NCBI GenBank assembly: GCA_037481775.1
Contig: JBBFKZ010000002.1
Coordinates: 1 to 64,000 of the forward strand
Source: Candidatus Bathyarchaeia archaeon
GTDB taxonomy: Archaea; Thermoproteota; Bathyarchaeia; Bathyarchaeales; Bathycorpusculaceae
Length of the DNA: 64,000 nucleotides
Direction of reading: 5' to 3'
The translations under genes and the position numbers were made by a program. Positions 1-8,925 of this stretch are shown piece after piece (positions within the stretch are counted from its first letter, which is position 1; each line of letters starts with the position of its first letter). The notes beneath the pieces are model-generated. The model had not been told where the DNA came from and did no database searches. It was given only the letters and a program-made list of their open reading frames with translations.

Positions 1-2
1 GG

Positions 3-2441
3 CGAAGCAGGCGGAGCATCCTCGACTACCATGGCGGTTTCAGCATGCGATGGCCAGTAAGACTTGGAACCTGCAAACCTCGCGATAACAGTGTATGCTC
101 CGGGCACAGGCGGCTCAAACGTCGCCTTAAAGAAGCCGCTGCCATCACTTGTGGTTCGGGCAACTTCGTAGTAGTTGCCGTTGGGATCCAGCACCTCGAC
201 GATTACTTCGACGCCCTTTACATTCGCCGGACACGGGAACTGCTTATACACGTAAAGCATCCAATCACTCATACTCTCGTCCGCTACAGCAGGAACACCA
301 TTCGGAAAGCGTAATTTTATGGCTGAATCTTGCGTGCCGGGCGAGATGTCGGTCACTGTCCCCTCTACAAGTACTTTGCTGCCATGCACAGTAGTCTTTG
401 GTGAAGCAGTGACGGTGGTTGCGCTTGGACCCTTACCAATAGCATACACTCGCTGGTCATACGTGTCCATCCCGACCATTATGCTATCGCCAATTAAATG
501 TCTGCCACCCCACCTTGTTTGACGAAGCAAACCGTTTACACGAAATATTTCATCACCTGTTTCAGCGTCTAAGCATATTAGCGGTGCGCCGCGAGGTAAT
601 GGCTGGTTGGGCGAGTGCTCGCTGTGAGTTATGTAGACTTTTCCATCAGTTATGAAACAAATTTCTATAGGCCATTCGTTAGCTCCGAACTCCTTCTGCC
701 AAGCTTCACTAGCTCCATACGGATCACTGGCATAATATGTCCACAAAAGTTTGCCTGTTTTAACCTCGTAACAATATACTGTACCTGCAAATTGTGAGAC
801 ATAATAGAGTTGCCCTTTAACTATGTATCCACTATAGCTGTATACGCTTCTGTAGTCCATGGTTTCTGTGGGTCCCCAAAGTTGCCGCCCGTTATCTAAG
901 TCGAACCCATAAAGTTGCCTCGGTTCTTTTGCTTGCATAACGAAAACTCTGTCTTCTGCACTATATGCCACACGCCACATTACCACATCGCCCATAGGTT
1001 TCTGCCAAGTTACATTATATAGCAAGGTTCCTTCCTGTCCATATTTCAAGCTAATTGCCCAGAACACGATTGGGTTATCTCCAATCATGTAGTGGAAGCC
1101 AGTGCCATAAATTTCATTGCCGATTATGATGTCGTCTAGAAAGACCGCCCAGACACTTCCAGGAAGACCAGTTGGTATTGTCTTGTTCCACATGATACCG
1201 AGTGTGCCGTTCAGAGTTGTTCCCATGTACGCGGTGATCCAGCTTCCATGGGTTGATCCAGTTGGTCCATATTGGTTAATTTTCGTTTGTCTTTCGACAT
1301 GAGTCGAGTTCCATTTAGTCATCCAACCCCGTTGAAGATCCAAAGTGTAAATGATGATTTCACCGTGAGGTCCGAATACTTGTGTACCGCTTGGTACGTT
1401 GCTTATGCTATATACCCATCGACCAGTCGATGCTTCATAGCAGTTCCAAGTGCTTCCAACTGTTGACCAAAGGTACGCATAGGTACCGTGGTAGTTAAAA
1501 CTGTCCCAGTAGAACAATTGACCGAAGGCAAGTGTTCGATTACCCCAGTTTCTAACCCAAAGCTCATCTCCAGTATGCAAGTCTACAGCCACTACCTCTT
1601 GTTCAACCCTAGTGCTACCATCTGCTTTGTATCTATTGAAGTAAAGCACTCCACCGATAATAACTGGCGAAGAGCGGGGCGTAAATAGACCCTCATATGC
1701 ATCTCCGGTTTCGAAGCCGCGCTGATCAATCTCTGAAGTATCTGCAGTGTAACCGCCCACAAGACCGCCGCCTAATGCACTCATAGCGCCTTTTACTAGA
1801 GGTTGAGCCCAAAGTATGTGTGGAGCTTCAGGTCCTTGATTGTAAGGTGCATATCGTTGAGGTGGCTCCATAACCCAGTTTCCAGCTATACTAGTCCATT
1901 CTCGCAATTGGTCATCTATGGGGCGGCTCCAGTATTCAGTTGGAAGCGGCACGCCTGGAAAACCTGGCAGTGGTTCTTCTTGTACAGTAAGCGCGTATTT
2001 TTCACTATCGCTGGCTGCGTACCATATAGGTCCAAAAAGGGTTGGAGCGCGTGACGTACGCACTGTCCAGTTATATAGCTGCCGGGGGAAGTGTACCTGA
2101 AAATAGTATGTGCCGACTCTATTAGGAACGTATGTAGCACCTGTTGTTCCTGTTGCGTCAGTTTTATACGGCCCTAAGGTTTCAGTCTTGCCATCTGGTG
2201 TCTCAACAGTTATTGTTATGCCTGTCCATCCATCTGGATACTGATTAAGGTAGTCTGTAATACCGAAAAGAAGCTTTACGGGTTGACCAACACCAACAGG
2301 GTTGGGTTGAGCAATGATGTACGCATATGTCTTTTTTTCTGGGTATGTTTGTGCGTTAGTAGCTGGCAAGGATATAAACGAAACAGCAACAGCGGCCATC
2401 AGAATCAAGGCAATCGCAATCGGCGTTTTGTTTTTGTTCAT
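3..2441 (-). CDS. Secreted PQQ-binding-like beta-propeller surface protein (3' end runs off the window)
   Basis: Not in the ORF track because it has no stop in the window. Hand translation from ATG 2441 gives MNKNKTPIAIALILMAAVAVSFISLPATNAQTYPEKKTYAYIIAQPNPVGVGQPV (signal peptide plus PNPVGVGQ motif). The same frame reads YWPSHAETAMVVEDAPPAS at the window edge. Only the two ends were translated by hand. Confidence 0.85.
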   Translation of the reverse strand, partial: MNKNKTPIAIALILMAAVAVSFISLPATNAQTYPEKKTYAYIIAQPNPVGVGQPVKLLFGITDYLNQYPDGWTGITITVETPDGKTETLGPYKTDATGTTGATYVPNRVGTYYFQVHFPRQLYNWTVRTSRAPTLFGPIWYAASDSEKYALTVQEEPLPGFPGVPLPTEYWSRPIDDQLREWTSIAGNWVMEPPQRYAPYNQGPEAPHILWAQPLVKGAMSALGGGLVGGYTADTSEIDQRGFETGDAYEGLFTPRSSPVIIGGVLYFNRYKADGSTRVEQEVVAVDLHTGDELWVRNWGNRTLAFGQLFYWDSFNYHGTYAYLWSTVGSTWNCYEASTGRWVYSISNVPSGTQVFGPHGEIIIYTLDLQRGWMTKWNSTHVERQTKINQYGPTGSTHGSWITAYMGTTLNGTLGIMWNKTIPTGLPGSVWAVFLDDIIIGNEIYGTGFHYMIGDNPIVFWAISLKYGQEGTLLYNVTWQKPMGDVVMWRVAYSAEDRVFVMQAKEPRQLYGFDLDNGRQLWGPTETMDYRSVYSYSGYIVKGQLYYVSQFAGTVYCYEVKTGKLLWTYYASDPYGASEAWQKEFGANEWPIEICFITDGKVYITHSEHSPNQPLPRGAPLICLDAETGDEIFRVNGLLRQTRWGGRHLIGDSIMVGMDTYDQRVYAIGKGPSATTVTASPKTTVHGSKVLVEGTVTDISPGTQDSAIKLRFPNGVPAVADESMSDWMLYVYKQFPCPANVKGVEVIVEVLDPNGNYYEVARTTSDGSGFFKATFEPPVPGAYTVIARFAGSKSYWPSHAETAMVVEDAPPAS

Positions 2442-2507
2442 TTTCCTTTTCTCCTTTCATTATTTTTACGCAAAACATAATTATGAGATATGACTCTAAT
2501 AAAACTG

Positions 2508-2531
2508 TGTCATCAACGCTGAATGATGACA
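2508..2531. promoter_or_regulatory. Perfect inverted repeat TGTCATCA-N8-TGATGACA, candidate operator
   Basis: Palindrome read directly from sequence, located between the divergent PQQ-propeller gene and the TrmB-like fragment. Confidence 0.5.
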
Positions 2532-2585
2532 GACAAAAATAAGTTGCTTAATGAGCACTCCATAATAAGGGAAGAGCCACCTTTG

Positions 2586-2712
2586 ATGTCCGAGGAGCCC
2601 GTGAAAATTTTAGCAAAGCTCGGCCTTTCCAGCATAAAAGCAAGGGTGTACCTGGCTTTGCTGATCAATCAAGATGCAGATGCAAAAAGCCTCTGCAGAC
2701 AGCTGAAGAAGC
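2586..2712 (+). pseudogene. TrmB-family wHTH regulator N-terminal fragment
   Basis: MSEEPVKILAKLGLSSIKARVYLALLINQDADAKSLCRQLK matches the TrmB LGLS-x3-A-x-VYLALL pattern. The frame then turns into C/A-rich, non-homologous sequence. Confidence 0.65.
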
Positions 2713-2825
2713 CGCGTCCCAACCGCCGCATACTTACTCAAAAACTCACGCACACACTCATTCCCCTCCACAAACCGCTCCACATCCCCCGCCGAAACAC
2801 TATAACCAAACCTACGCCAACGCAA
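2710..2825 (-). pseudogene. Possible N-terminal remnant of a tyrosine recombinase/integrase-like gene
   Basis: MRWRRFGYSVSAGDVERFVEGNECVREFLSKYAAVGTR lies in a strongly G/T-skewed patch and is truncated where it meets the TrmB fragment. The resemblance to archaeal integrase N-termini is recalled, not searched. Confidence 0.35.
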
Positions 2826-2884
2826 CCGAAGCCGCCCACACTACAAAACACAAAAAACAGTGACAAGACATAAACTTTCCAGTG

Positions 2885-2943
2885 TCAGTTCGCCCGTCGA
2901 GTCATTATCATCGCGCGTGCTCTTTGACTCTTAAGCTCATCAT
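2885..2943 (-). ncRNA. Box C/D guide sRNA; D guide predicted to target 16S rRNA C1402 (E. coli numbering)
   Basis: Minus strand reads ATGATGA-GCTTAAGAGTCA-AAGA-GCACGCGCG-ATGATAATGA-CTCGACGGGCGAA-CTGA (59 nt, perfect C and D boxes). The D guide is complementary to the conserved 16S CGCCCGUC, and the D+5 rule lands on C1402. Confidence 0.7.
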
Positions 2944-3060
2944 CCAAGATAGATGGATACGACCGCTGAACTTAAGACTTTTGCATCTCAAAGCTAGCCG
3001 CTTAAAAAAGCAACAGTTTTTAATGCTTGAAACAGAAAAGGAATTACCGGATGAGGAGTA

Positions 3061-3582
3061 ATGGAACTTTTAGAAGCCATCAAAGGGCGGAGAAGCGTAA
3101 GAGCCTTCAAACCGCAAGATGTCCCTGGCGAGATTGTGGAGCAACTGGTTGATGCGGCGCGGCATGCGCCCTCGGCTGGAAACCTGCAACCATGGGAATT
3201 CATAATCGTCCGAAAACCTGAACAGAAGCAGCGGCTCGCTGAGGCTGCACGCCAAGCTTTCATTGAAGAAGCGCCCGTGGTAATCGTGGTCTGCGCGGAC
3301 GAAAACCGTGCGGCAACGGGCTACGGCAACAGAGGTAAGACGTTGTATTGCATACAGGACACGGCGGCGGCGACACAGAATATTCTCTTAACCGCTTACT
3401 CTCTTGGGCTGGGCACCTGCTGGGTAGGCGCCTTCAATGAAGATGAAGCCCGCAGAGCCCTGAATCTCCCCAGCGGCATACGCCCAGTAGCCATGATTCC
3501 CGTAGGCTACTGGGCGGCTAAAATGCCGACTCCGCGGAGCAGGCGCCCCCTAAGTCAGATAATGCATTTCGAAAGCTTCTGA
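3061..3582 (+). CDS. Nitroreductase family protein
   Basis: RRSVRAF, APSAGNLQPW and GLGTCWVG motifs. Confidence 0.93.
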   Translation: MELLEAIKGRRSVRAFKPQDVPGEIVEQLVDAARHAPSAGNLQPWEFIIVRKPEQKQRLAEAARQAFIEEAPVVIVVCADENRAATGYGNRGKTLYCIQDTAAATQNILLTAYSLGLGTCWVGAFNEDEARRALNLPSGIRPVAMIPVGYWAAKMPTPRSRRPLSQIMHFESF

Positions 3583-3759
3583 AACAGCGAGCACGCGGCT
3601 TCTACTCAGTGGCGTTGAAGCTTAACTGGACATTTATGTAGCTGTTTCCATAATTTGCGCTAAAACGGATAGTTAAGCGAAACTTTTCAATGACCATCCG
3701 ACACTCCACCGAGCTTCCGCGTGGAAATCGCTGTTTGTAACAAAATATAAATATTTCAT

Positions 3760-4557
3760 ATGACAACATTTTTGCGCTTGAAAGTAGCTGGTGAAAAAAA
3801 TAATGAAAAAATGATGTTGTTGCCAGCTGGGCTTTCAACACTGCTGCTTGCAATTGTGGCACCTGCAATGGCGCAAACCCAAGTTGTCGGCGTCCAAGTG
3901 GGCGACTGGTTCAAATACAAAGTTCAAGTTACACAATGGGAAACCACAATGCCCTTTCTTCCAGAGGGGTACTTGGGCCCTTTGAGGTTGGCGGACAATC
4001 AAACAAACTGGATAATGTATAATGTTACGGGCATTACGGGTGACGTAATAAACTTCGTGGTCACTTATAGCTGGAAAAACGGCACGGTAACAACTGCAAA
4101 TTATGATGAAAACGTAACTTTCAGCAACATAATGCTTGCTATAGGTGCTAACATGAAAGAAGGCGACAAGGTGCGCGATACTTTTGATTTCTTCGGATTT
4201 TATCAATGGCCCGCGCTTTACCTTAATAAGTCAATAATGCTTACCACGCCGAATGGGACAAGAGAAACTAACACGCTTAAGTACACTGTTGACATCATGG
4301 GCTCCATATACAACTATACGCTGTATTGGGACAAGGCAACTGGAATGCGAGTGTACTACGAGAACAGCGGAGACGTCACCGCTCTGGATTTTATTGGGCA
4401 ACCCGCTTACAAGTATACTGTTAAATGGGAGCTGATAGACTCCAGCATCAGCGGCTTAGTCATACCTGACATTACCGCGCCAATGTTGCTAACGGTAATA
4501 ATGCTGGCCACAGTGCCCATCGCTGTCATCTACAAACGAAAAAAGATAGCCCTCTAA
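3760..4557 (+). CDS. Secreted/surface protein with C-terminal sorting-like anchor
   Basis: Signal peptide, GVQVGDWFKY and YWDKATG motifs, many N-x-S/T sequons, and C-terminal VIPD-TM-KRKK. The start may be later than 3760. Confidence 0.7.
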   Translation: MTTFLRLKVAGEKNNEKMMLLPAGLSTLLLAIVAPAMAQTQVVGVQVGDWFKYKVQVTQWETTMPFLPEGYLGPLRLADNQTNWIMYNVTGITGDVINFVVTYSWKNGTVTTANYDENVTFSNIMLAIGANMKEGDKVRDTFDFFGFYQWPALYLNKSIMLTTPNGTRETNTLKYTVDIMGSIYNYTLYWDKATGMRVYYENSGDVTALDFIGQPAYKYTVKWELIDSSISGLVIPDITAPMLLTVIMLATVPIAVIYKRKKIAL

Positions 4558-4589
4558 CTTCTTCCCCATTTTTTTGCATGCGCCTAGGC

Positions 4590-5588
4590 TTATATGCGTA
4601 TGAAGCAGCCTATTTGTTTGGTCAATGCTTTCCGGTAGACTATCTCTGCTGCCGCGGCATCTTGAATGGCTAATCCCGTTGAGTCAAAAACGGTAATCTC
4701 CTCTCTCGATGTTCGGCCAGGCTTGGTTCCAGCTGCGATTTCGCTGAGTTCCGCCCACACATCCTCCTTGGATAAGATGCCGCGGGAGATGGGCACGTTT
4801 ATTTCGCCGCTGTGAGCCGCTTGTTCCCAATCATCTACGACAATCTTCGCCCGCTTCAAAATCGCCGGATCTATTTCCTCTTTAAGCGGCGCATCCGCCC
4901 CAATGCAATTGAGATGCGTTCCTCGGGAGATCCATGCGTCGAAAACAACAGGCTTCCTCGAAGGCGTCGTGGTGATCACTATGTCCGCGCCGCGTACTGC
5001 TTCCTCCTCGTTTCTCGCGATAACTACTCGGCTGTTTACAGCCTTGTTTTTGGCTTCGGCGGCAAAAGCCTCTGCTGCTTTAGGCAAAATATCGCAAACG
5101 CGGATTTCCTCCAGATTCGGCCGCGTCAAAAGAAGCGCTTGCAACTGCGCTCTGGCCTGGACTCCCGCGCCGATGAAACTGGCAATTTTAGCGTCCTTGT
5201 TAGCGAGATATTTTATCGCAATGCCGCCTGCAGCTGCTGTCCGCATGGCCGTCAAGCTGGTTCCACCCATTATTGCCAGTACCGCGCCGTTCCGGGGATC
5301 CAGCAGAAGCACGGTGGCTGAAACGGTGGGCATGCCGAATTTGCCGGGGTTGTCTGGATGCGAATTCACGATTTTAACGGCGGCCACGTCCAACCGCTCA
5401 AGATAGGCTGGCATGGCGCGCACGTCGCCATTGTACTTGGCAAAGTCAAGGTAAACTTTAGAAGGCATCTGCGCGTAGCCTAACGCTTTTTCTCTGAAGG
5501 CGTTTTCCACGGCATCCATAACTTCGTCCATGCGCAGCAGTTCGGTAACTTCCTGCTCAGATAACAAGAGAACGTTAATTGCGCTCAC
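4590..5588 (-). CDS. ala: Alanine dehydrogenase, archaeal ornithine cyclodeaminase/mu-crystallin family
   Basis: GDVRAMPAY, VKIVNSHPDN, TAMRTAA, GAGVQA and FDSTGLAIQD motifs. Probable GTG start at 5588 (ORF is open to 5648). Confidence 0.88.
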   Translation of the reverse strand: MSAINVLLLSEQEVTELLRMDEVMDAVENAFREKALGYAQMPSKVYLDFAKYNGDVRAMPAYLERLDVAAVKIVNSHPDNPGKFGMPTVSATVLLLDPRNGAVLAIMGGTSLTAMRTAAAGGIAIKYLANKDAKIASFIGAGVQARAQLQALLLTRPNLEEIRVCDILPKAAEAFAAEAKNKAVNSRVVIARNEEEAVRGADIVITTTPSRKPVVFDAWISRGTHLNCIGADAPLKEEIDPAILKRAKIVVDDWEQAAHSGEINVPISRGILSKEDVWAELSEIAAGTKPGRTSREEITVFDSTGLAIQDAAAAEIVYRKALTKQIGCFIRI

Positions 5589-5737
5589 TCCCCTGGTGGA
5601 AGCTTCTGCCTTTAACTGTTGATAAGCCTTTTCTTCAAACAACGCCAATTTTGTTGAATAAACCGCAGCCGAGGGGTTTACCGAGATGATGAGCTTTTAA
5701 TACTCTGCCGCGTGGTATATCTTGTGAGGTTTAGCAT

Positions 5738-7501
5738 GTGAATTATGCCGTAATCGCCGATGCCTACGAGCGCATCGAAGCCACCACAAAAAGGCTGGAA
5801 ATGACCGATCTACTAGTTGACCTTCTAAAAAAGACGCCTAAAGAAGTCATCGACAAAGTCGTTTACTTAACGCAGGGCAAGCTGTACCCGGACTTTGTGG
5901 GTTTAGAAATCGGCGTGGCCGAGCGGCTGGCGATAAAAGCTTTGGCGCGCGCCGCGGGTAGAAAAGAAAGCGAAATCGAAGAGGACTTGAAGAAAAGCGG
6001 CGACATCGGCGAAACCGCGCAGAACTTTATATCCAAAAAGAGGCAGGTTACCTTCTTCCAGAAACCGCTTACGGTGCAGCGCGTCTACGAGACGCTTGAT
6101 AAAATGGCGAAGACCACGGGCTCAGGCGCTGTGGATACTAAAATGGCGCTTTTAGCCGGGCTGTTATCTGACGCGACTCCGAAAGAGGCGAAGTATATTA
6201 TGCGCACGGTTACAGGCAATTTGCGGCTGGGCATTGCGGACATGACTGTGCTTGATGCTTTGGCCATAGCATACGGCGGCGGCAAAGACGCCCGCGAGTT
6301 AACTGAACGCGCCTACAACATTTCCTCAGACCTTGGCCGCGTCGCGAAGGTATTAGCTGAACAGGGCTTAGAAGGAATTAAGCAGTTCCAAGTTGTGGTT
6401 TTCGAGCCTATAAGGCCCATGTTGGCGGAGCGGCTTTCTTCGCCAGAAGAAATCCTAGAGAAGCTGGGCGGAAAATGCATCGCCGAGTACAAGTACGACG
6501 GCGAGCGCGTTCAAGCACACAAGAAAGGCGATGAGGTTGTGCTTTATTCTAGGCGTTTAGAGAACATTTCTGACCAGTATCCCGATGCCATTGAACTTGT
6601 AAAAGAGCATGTGAAAGCCACTGAGGCAATTCTCGAGGCGGAATGCGTGGCTGTGGATCTTGACACGGGCGAAATGCGGCCCTTCCAAGAGCTAATGCAC
6701 CGACGCCGCAAATACGAGATTGAACAGGCAATGGAGCAGTACCCCGTTTCGCTTTTCATGTTCGACGCCCTGTATGTTGACGGCAAAGACCTTACCCTTG
6801 AAGCTTATCCCGTCAGGCGGAAGGCACTGGAAAAAGCGCTTAAGGAAAGTGACAGAGTAAAAGCTGCTAAGCATATTTTAACCAGTAACATCGCGGAGCT
6901 TGAGGCGTTCTTTGAGGAAGCCATAGCCGAGGGCTGCGAAGGCTTAATCTGCAAATCCATCGGGAAAGACTCTGTGTATCAAGCGGGGGCCCGCGGCTGG
7001 CTTTGGATAAAGTACAAGCGAGATTACAAGAGTGAAATGACAGACACCGTTGACCTCGTCGTGGTAGGCGCTTTCCATGGCAGGGGCAAGCGTGCAGGAA
7101 CATACGGTGCATTGCTTCTTGCAGCGTATAACCCTGAAACGGACACGTTCGAAACAGTTACCAAGTGTGGGACAGGATTTACGGATAAAGACTTAGCTGA
7201 GTTACCTCAAATGCTGCTGAAGCATGTGATCGCCCATAAGCATTCACGCGTGAACTCAACCCTTGAGGCGGATGTCTGGTTTGAGCCGAAGCTAGTTCTG
7301 GAGATTTTAGGCGCTGAAATCACCTTGAGCCCAATTCACACGTGCGCAATGGGCTCCATAAGGAAGGGAAGCGGGTTGGCTATTAGGTTTCCACGTTTCA
7401 CAGGTAAATACCGCACAGACAAAGCCGCGGAAGACGCAACTACCTCCGCGGAAATAGTGGAAATGTACCGCAGCCAGCTCAAGCAGATTAGCTCCGCCTA
7501 A
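5738..7501 (+). CDS. lig: ATP-dependent DNA ligase
   Basis: EYKYDGER adenylation motif, EGLICK, WIKYKRDY and IRFPRF motifs. Confidence 0.97.
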   Translation: MNYAVIADAYERIEATTKRLEMTDLLVDLLKKTPKEVIDKVVYLTQGKLYPDFVGLEIGVAERLAIKALARAAGRKESEIEEDLKKSGDIGETAQNFISKKRQVTFFQKPLTVQRVYETLDKMAKTTGSGAVDTKMALLAGLLSDATPKEAKYIMRTVTGNLRLGIADMTVLDALAIAYGGGKDARELTERAYNISSDLGRVAKVLAEQGLEGIKQFQVVVFEPIRPMLAERLSSPEEILEKLGGKCIAEYKYDGERVQAHKKGDEVVLYSRRLENISDQYPDAIELVKEHVKATEAILEAECVAVDLDTGEMRPFQELMHRRRKYEIEQAMEQYPVSLFMFDALYVDGKDLTLEAYPVRRKALEKALKESDRVKAAKHILTSNIAELEAFFEEAIAEGCEGLICKSIGKDSVYQAGARGWLWIKYKRDYKSEMTDTVDLVVVGAFHGRGKRAGTYGALLLAAYNPETDTFETVTKCGTGFTDKDLAELPQMLLKHVIAHKHSRVNSTLEADVWFEPKLVLEILGAEITLSPIHTCAMGSIRKGSGLAIRFPRFTGKYRTDKAAEDATTSAEIVEMYRSQLKQISSA

Positions 7502-7527
7502 GGCGCTTAGATTGGCGCAGCAAAGAA

Positions 7528-8169
7528 TTGATAAGCACTAACCGCCAAAGATACGGATGTGTGAAGAGCATGCCGCTGGATTCCGAGAAGCTGAAGGCGC
7601 TTCTAAATTTTAAGGAGAGACTAGAACAGCGAATTAAGGAGTTAGAGGCTGAAATGAAAGAGGCAGCTGCCACGTTGGAAGCGGTAAACGCGGTTTTGCT
7701 TGAGAAGGGCTTTAAACGCGGAGACATTAAAGAGGTGAAAGTAACCGTAGCAGAAGCCCTACCTGAGGCAGCCTCCGCAGCGGAGGAAGCCCAAGCAGAG
7801 CCGCGTGCATTAGAGCCGGAAAACGTCATCCCCTTGAAAACTATGAACGAGGAGCCCCTAGCGATAATTTACGTTGACAAACAAGAGTTACATGTTTTGC
7901 CAGATGAAAGAAAAAAGTTCAGTGTGAGCACGCCGCCGTTCCAAAATTTCCTTGTTGAGCGCGTGCTAGTCAAGATGCAGGAAAAAGATAGCGAACTTGT
8001 TCGGCTAGGGCAACTCGCGCCTGAGAAGATGTTTGCTTTCAACATTATGCGCGAAGGCGACTTACTTCGTGAAATAGTTATTAGAAACGTGGATGAGGCG
8101 CGGTTAAGAGAGTTGAAGTCCAGCATACGGTGGACGCTGGAAAAAATGTATGAAAAAATGAAAAGCTAA
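7528..8169 (+). CDS. Conserved hypothetical protein with N-terminal coiled coil
   Basis: Long ORF with protein-like composition, co-oriented with lig. The start is probably 7561 or 7570. Confidence 0.75.
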   Translation: MISTNRQRYGCVKSMPLDSEKLKALLNFKERLEQRIKELEAEMKEAAATLEAVNAVLLEKGFKRGDIKEVKVTVAEALPEAASAAEEAQAEPRALEPENVIPLKTMNEEPLAIIYVDKQELHVLPDERKKFSVSTPPFQNFLVERVLVKMQEKDSELVRLGQLAPEKMFAFNIMREGDLLREIVIRNVDEARLRELKSSIRWTLEKMYEKMKS

Positions 8170-8187
8170 AAGCGGAGCACTGTTTTC

Positions 8188-8511
8188 TTACAAATGCTTT
8201 TCTAAGGCGTCAATGTATCGCTGCTTGGTACAGAGGCCGACAATCCTCTCAACTTCAGAGCCGTTCTTAATTACAACTACTGTGGGAATGCTGAAAATCT
8301 GGAACTGCTCCGCTGTATCGGGGTTCTCATCAACATTAAGCTTTGCCACAAGCACTTTTCCTGCATATTCCTTTGCCAATTCCTCGATTGTCGGCGCAAG
8401 AGCACGACATGGCCCGCACCATGGCGCCCAAAAGTCAACTAAAACCAGCAGGTTACGCTTCACCGCTTCTCCAAAATTTGCATCAGTCAAATGAAATGGC
8501 TCATTACTCAT
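8188..8511 (-). CDS. trxA: Thioredoxin
   Basis: VDFWAPWCGPC motif. Probable start MSNEPF at 8511. Confidence 0.95.
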   Translation of the reverse strand: MSNEPFHLTDANFGEAVKRNLLVLVDFWAPWCGPCRALAPTIEELAKEYAGKVLVAKLNVDENPDTAEQFQIFSIPTVVVIKNGSEVERIVGLCTKQRYIDALEKHL

Positions 8512-8593
8512 ACAATTCATTCTCCCAATAAACACTCTAATGGAGAAGCCCGCTTTAATATAAAGCGTTCGCAAATCAAGATGGCGCCAGACT

Positions 8594-8662
8594 AGCGCCT
8601 TCATATTTGGCGGCTATTAGCGATTCATTGCAGAAACCTATAGAGGGGCTATCACGGCAACA
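8594..8662 (+). repeat. Dispersed intergenic repeat, copy A
   Basis: agcgccttcATATTTGGCGGCTATTAGCGATTCATTGCAGAAACCTATAGAGGGGCTATcacggcaaca. Near-identical reverse-complement copies at 22770-22828 and 61695-61755. Confidence 0.9.
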
Positions 8663-8925
8663 GAAAACCAAAGGATGTCCTTCAGTTCAAAGCGAAGATA
8701 AATCCCACATTCGGGCTAATAACGCCGCCTATCACCAACCAGTGTTTATTCAAGAATTCAAGCTTAAAGATGGAAAAACCAGTTAAAATATGGCTTAAGC
8801 TTTATGTAGTTGATATGTAATTTGAAAACCTATTCACGAATGGTGTCCAATAAAATGTGCATAAAACAAAGCCTAAAGTCACCATTCCCAAAATCTTTAA
8901 ACAAGTATCTAAAGGTGCAAAATAA

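Noticed and set aside
45-2480. Numerous short + strand ORFs in the ORF track
   Set aside because: They are antisense shadows of the long minus-strand PQQ-propeller gene.
5650-5710. Second C/D sRNA (GATGATGAGCTT, shared with the 2885-2943 sRNA)
   Set aside because: There is no properly spaced downstream CTGA, and the region overlaps the likely ligase promoter.
8607-8786. Dispersed repeat as a coding leader peptide (LAAISDSLQKPIEG / LAHISNSMQKPIEG / LAAISHSLQKPIEG)
   Set aside because: All differences between copies are non-synonymous, one copy has an indel, and downstream lengths differ. Conservation is at the DNA level.
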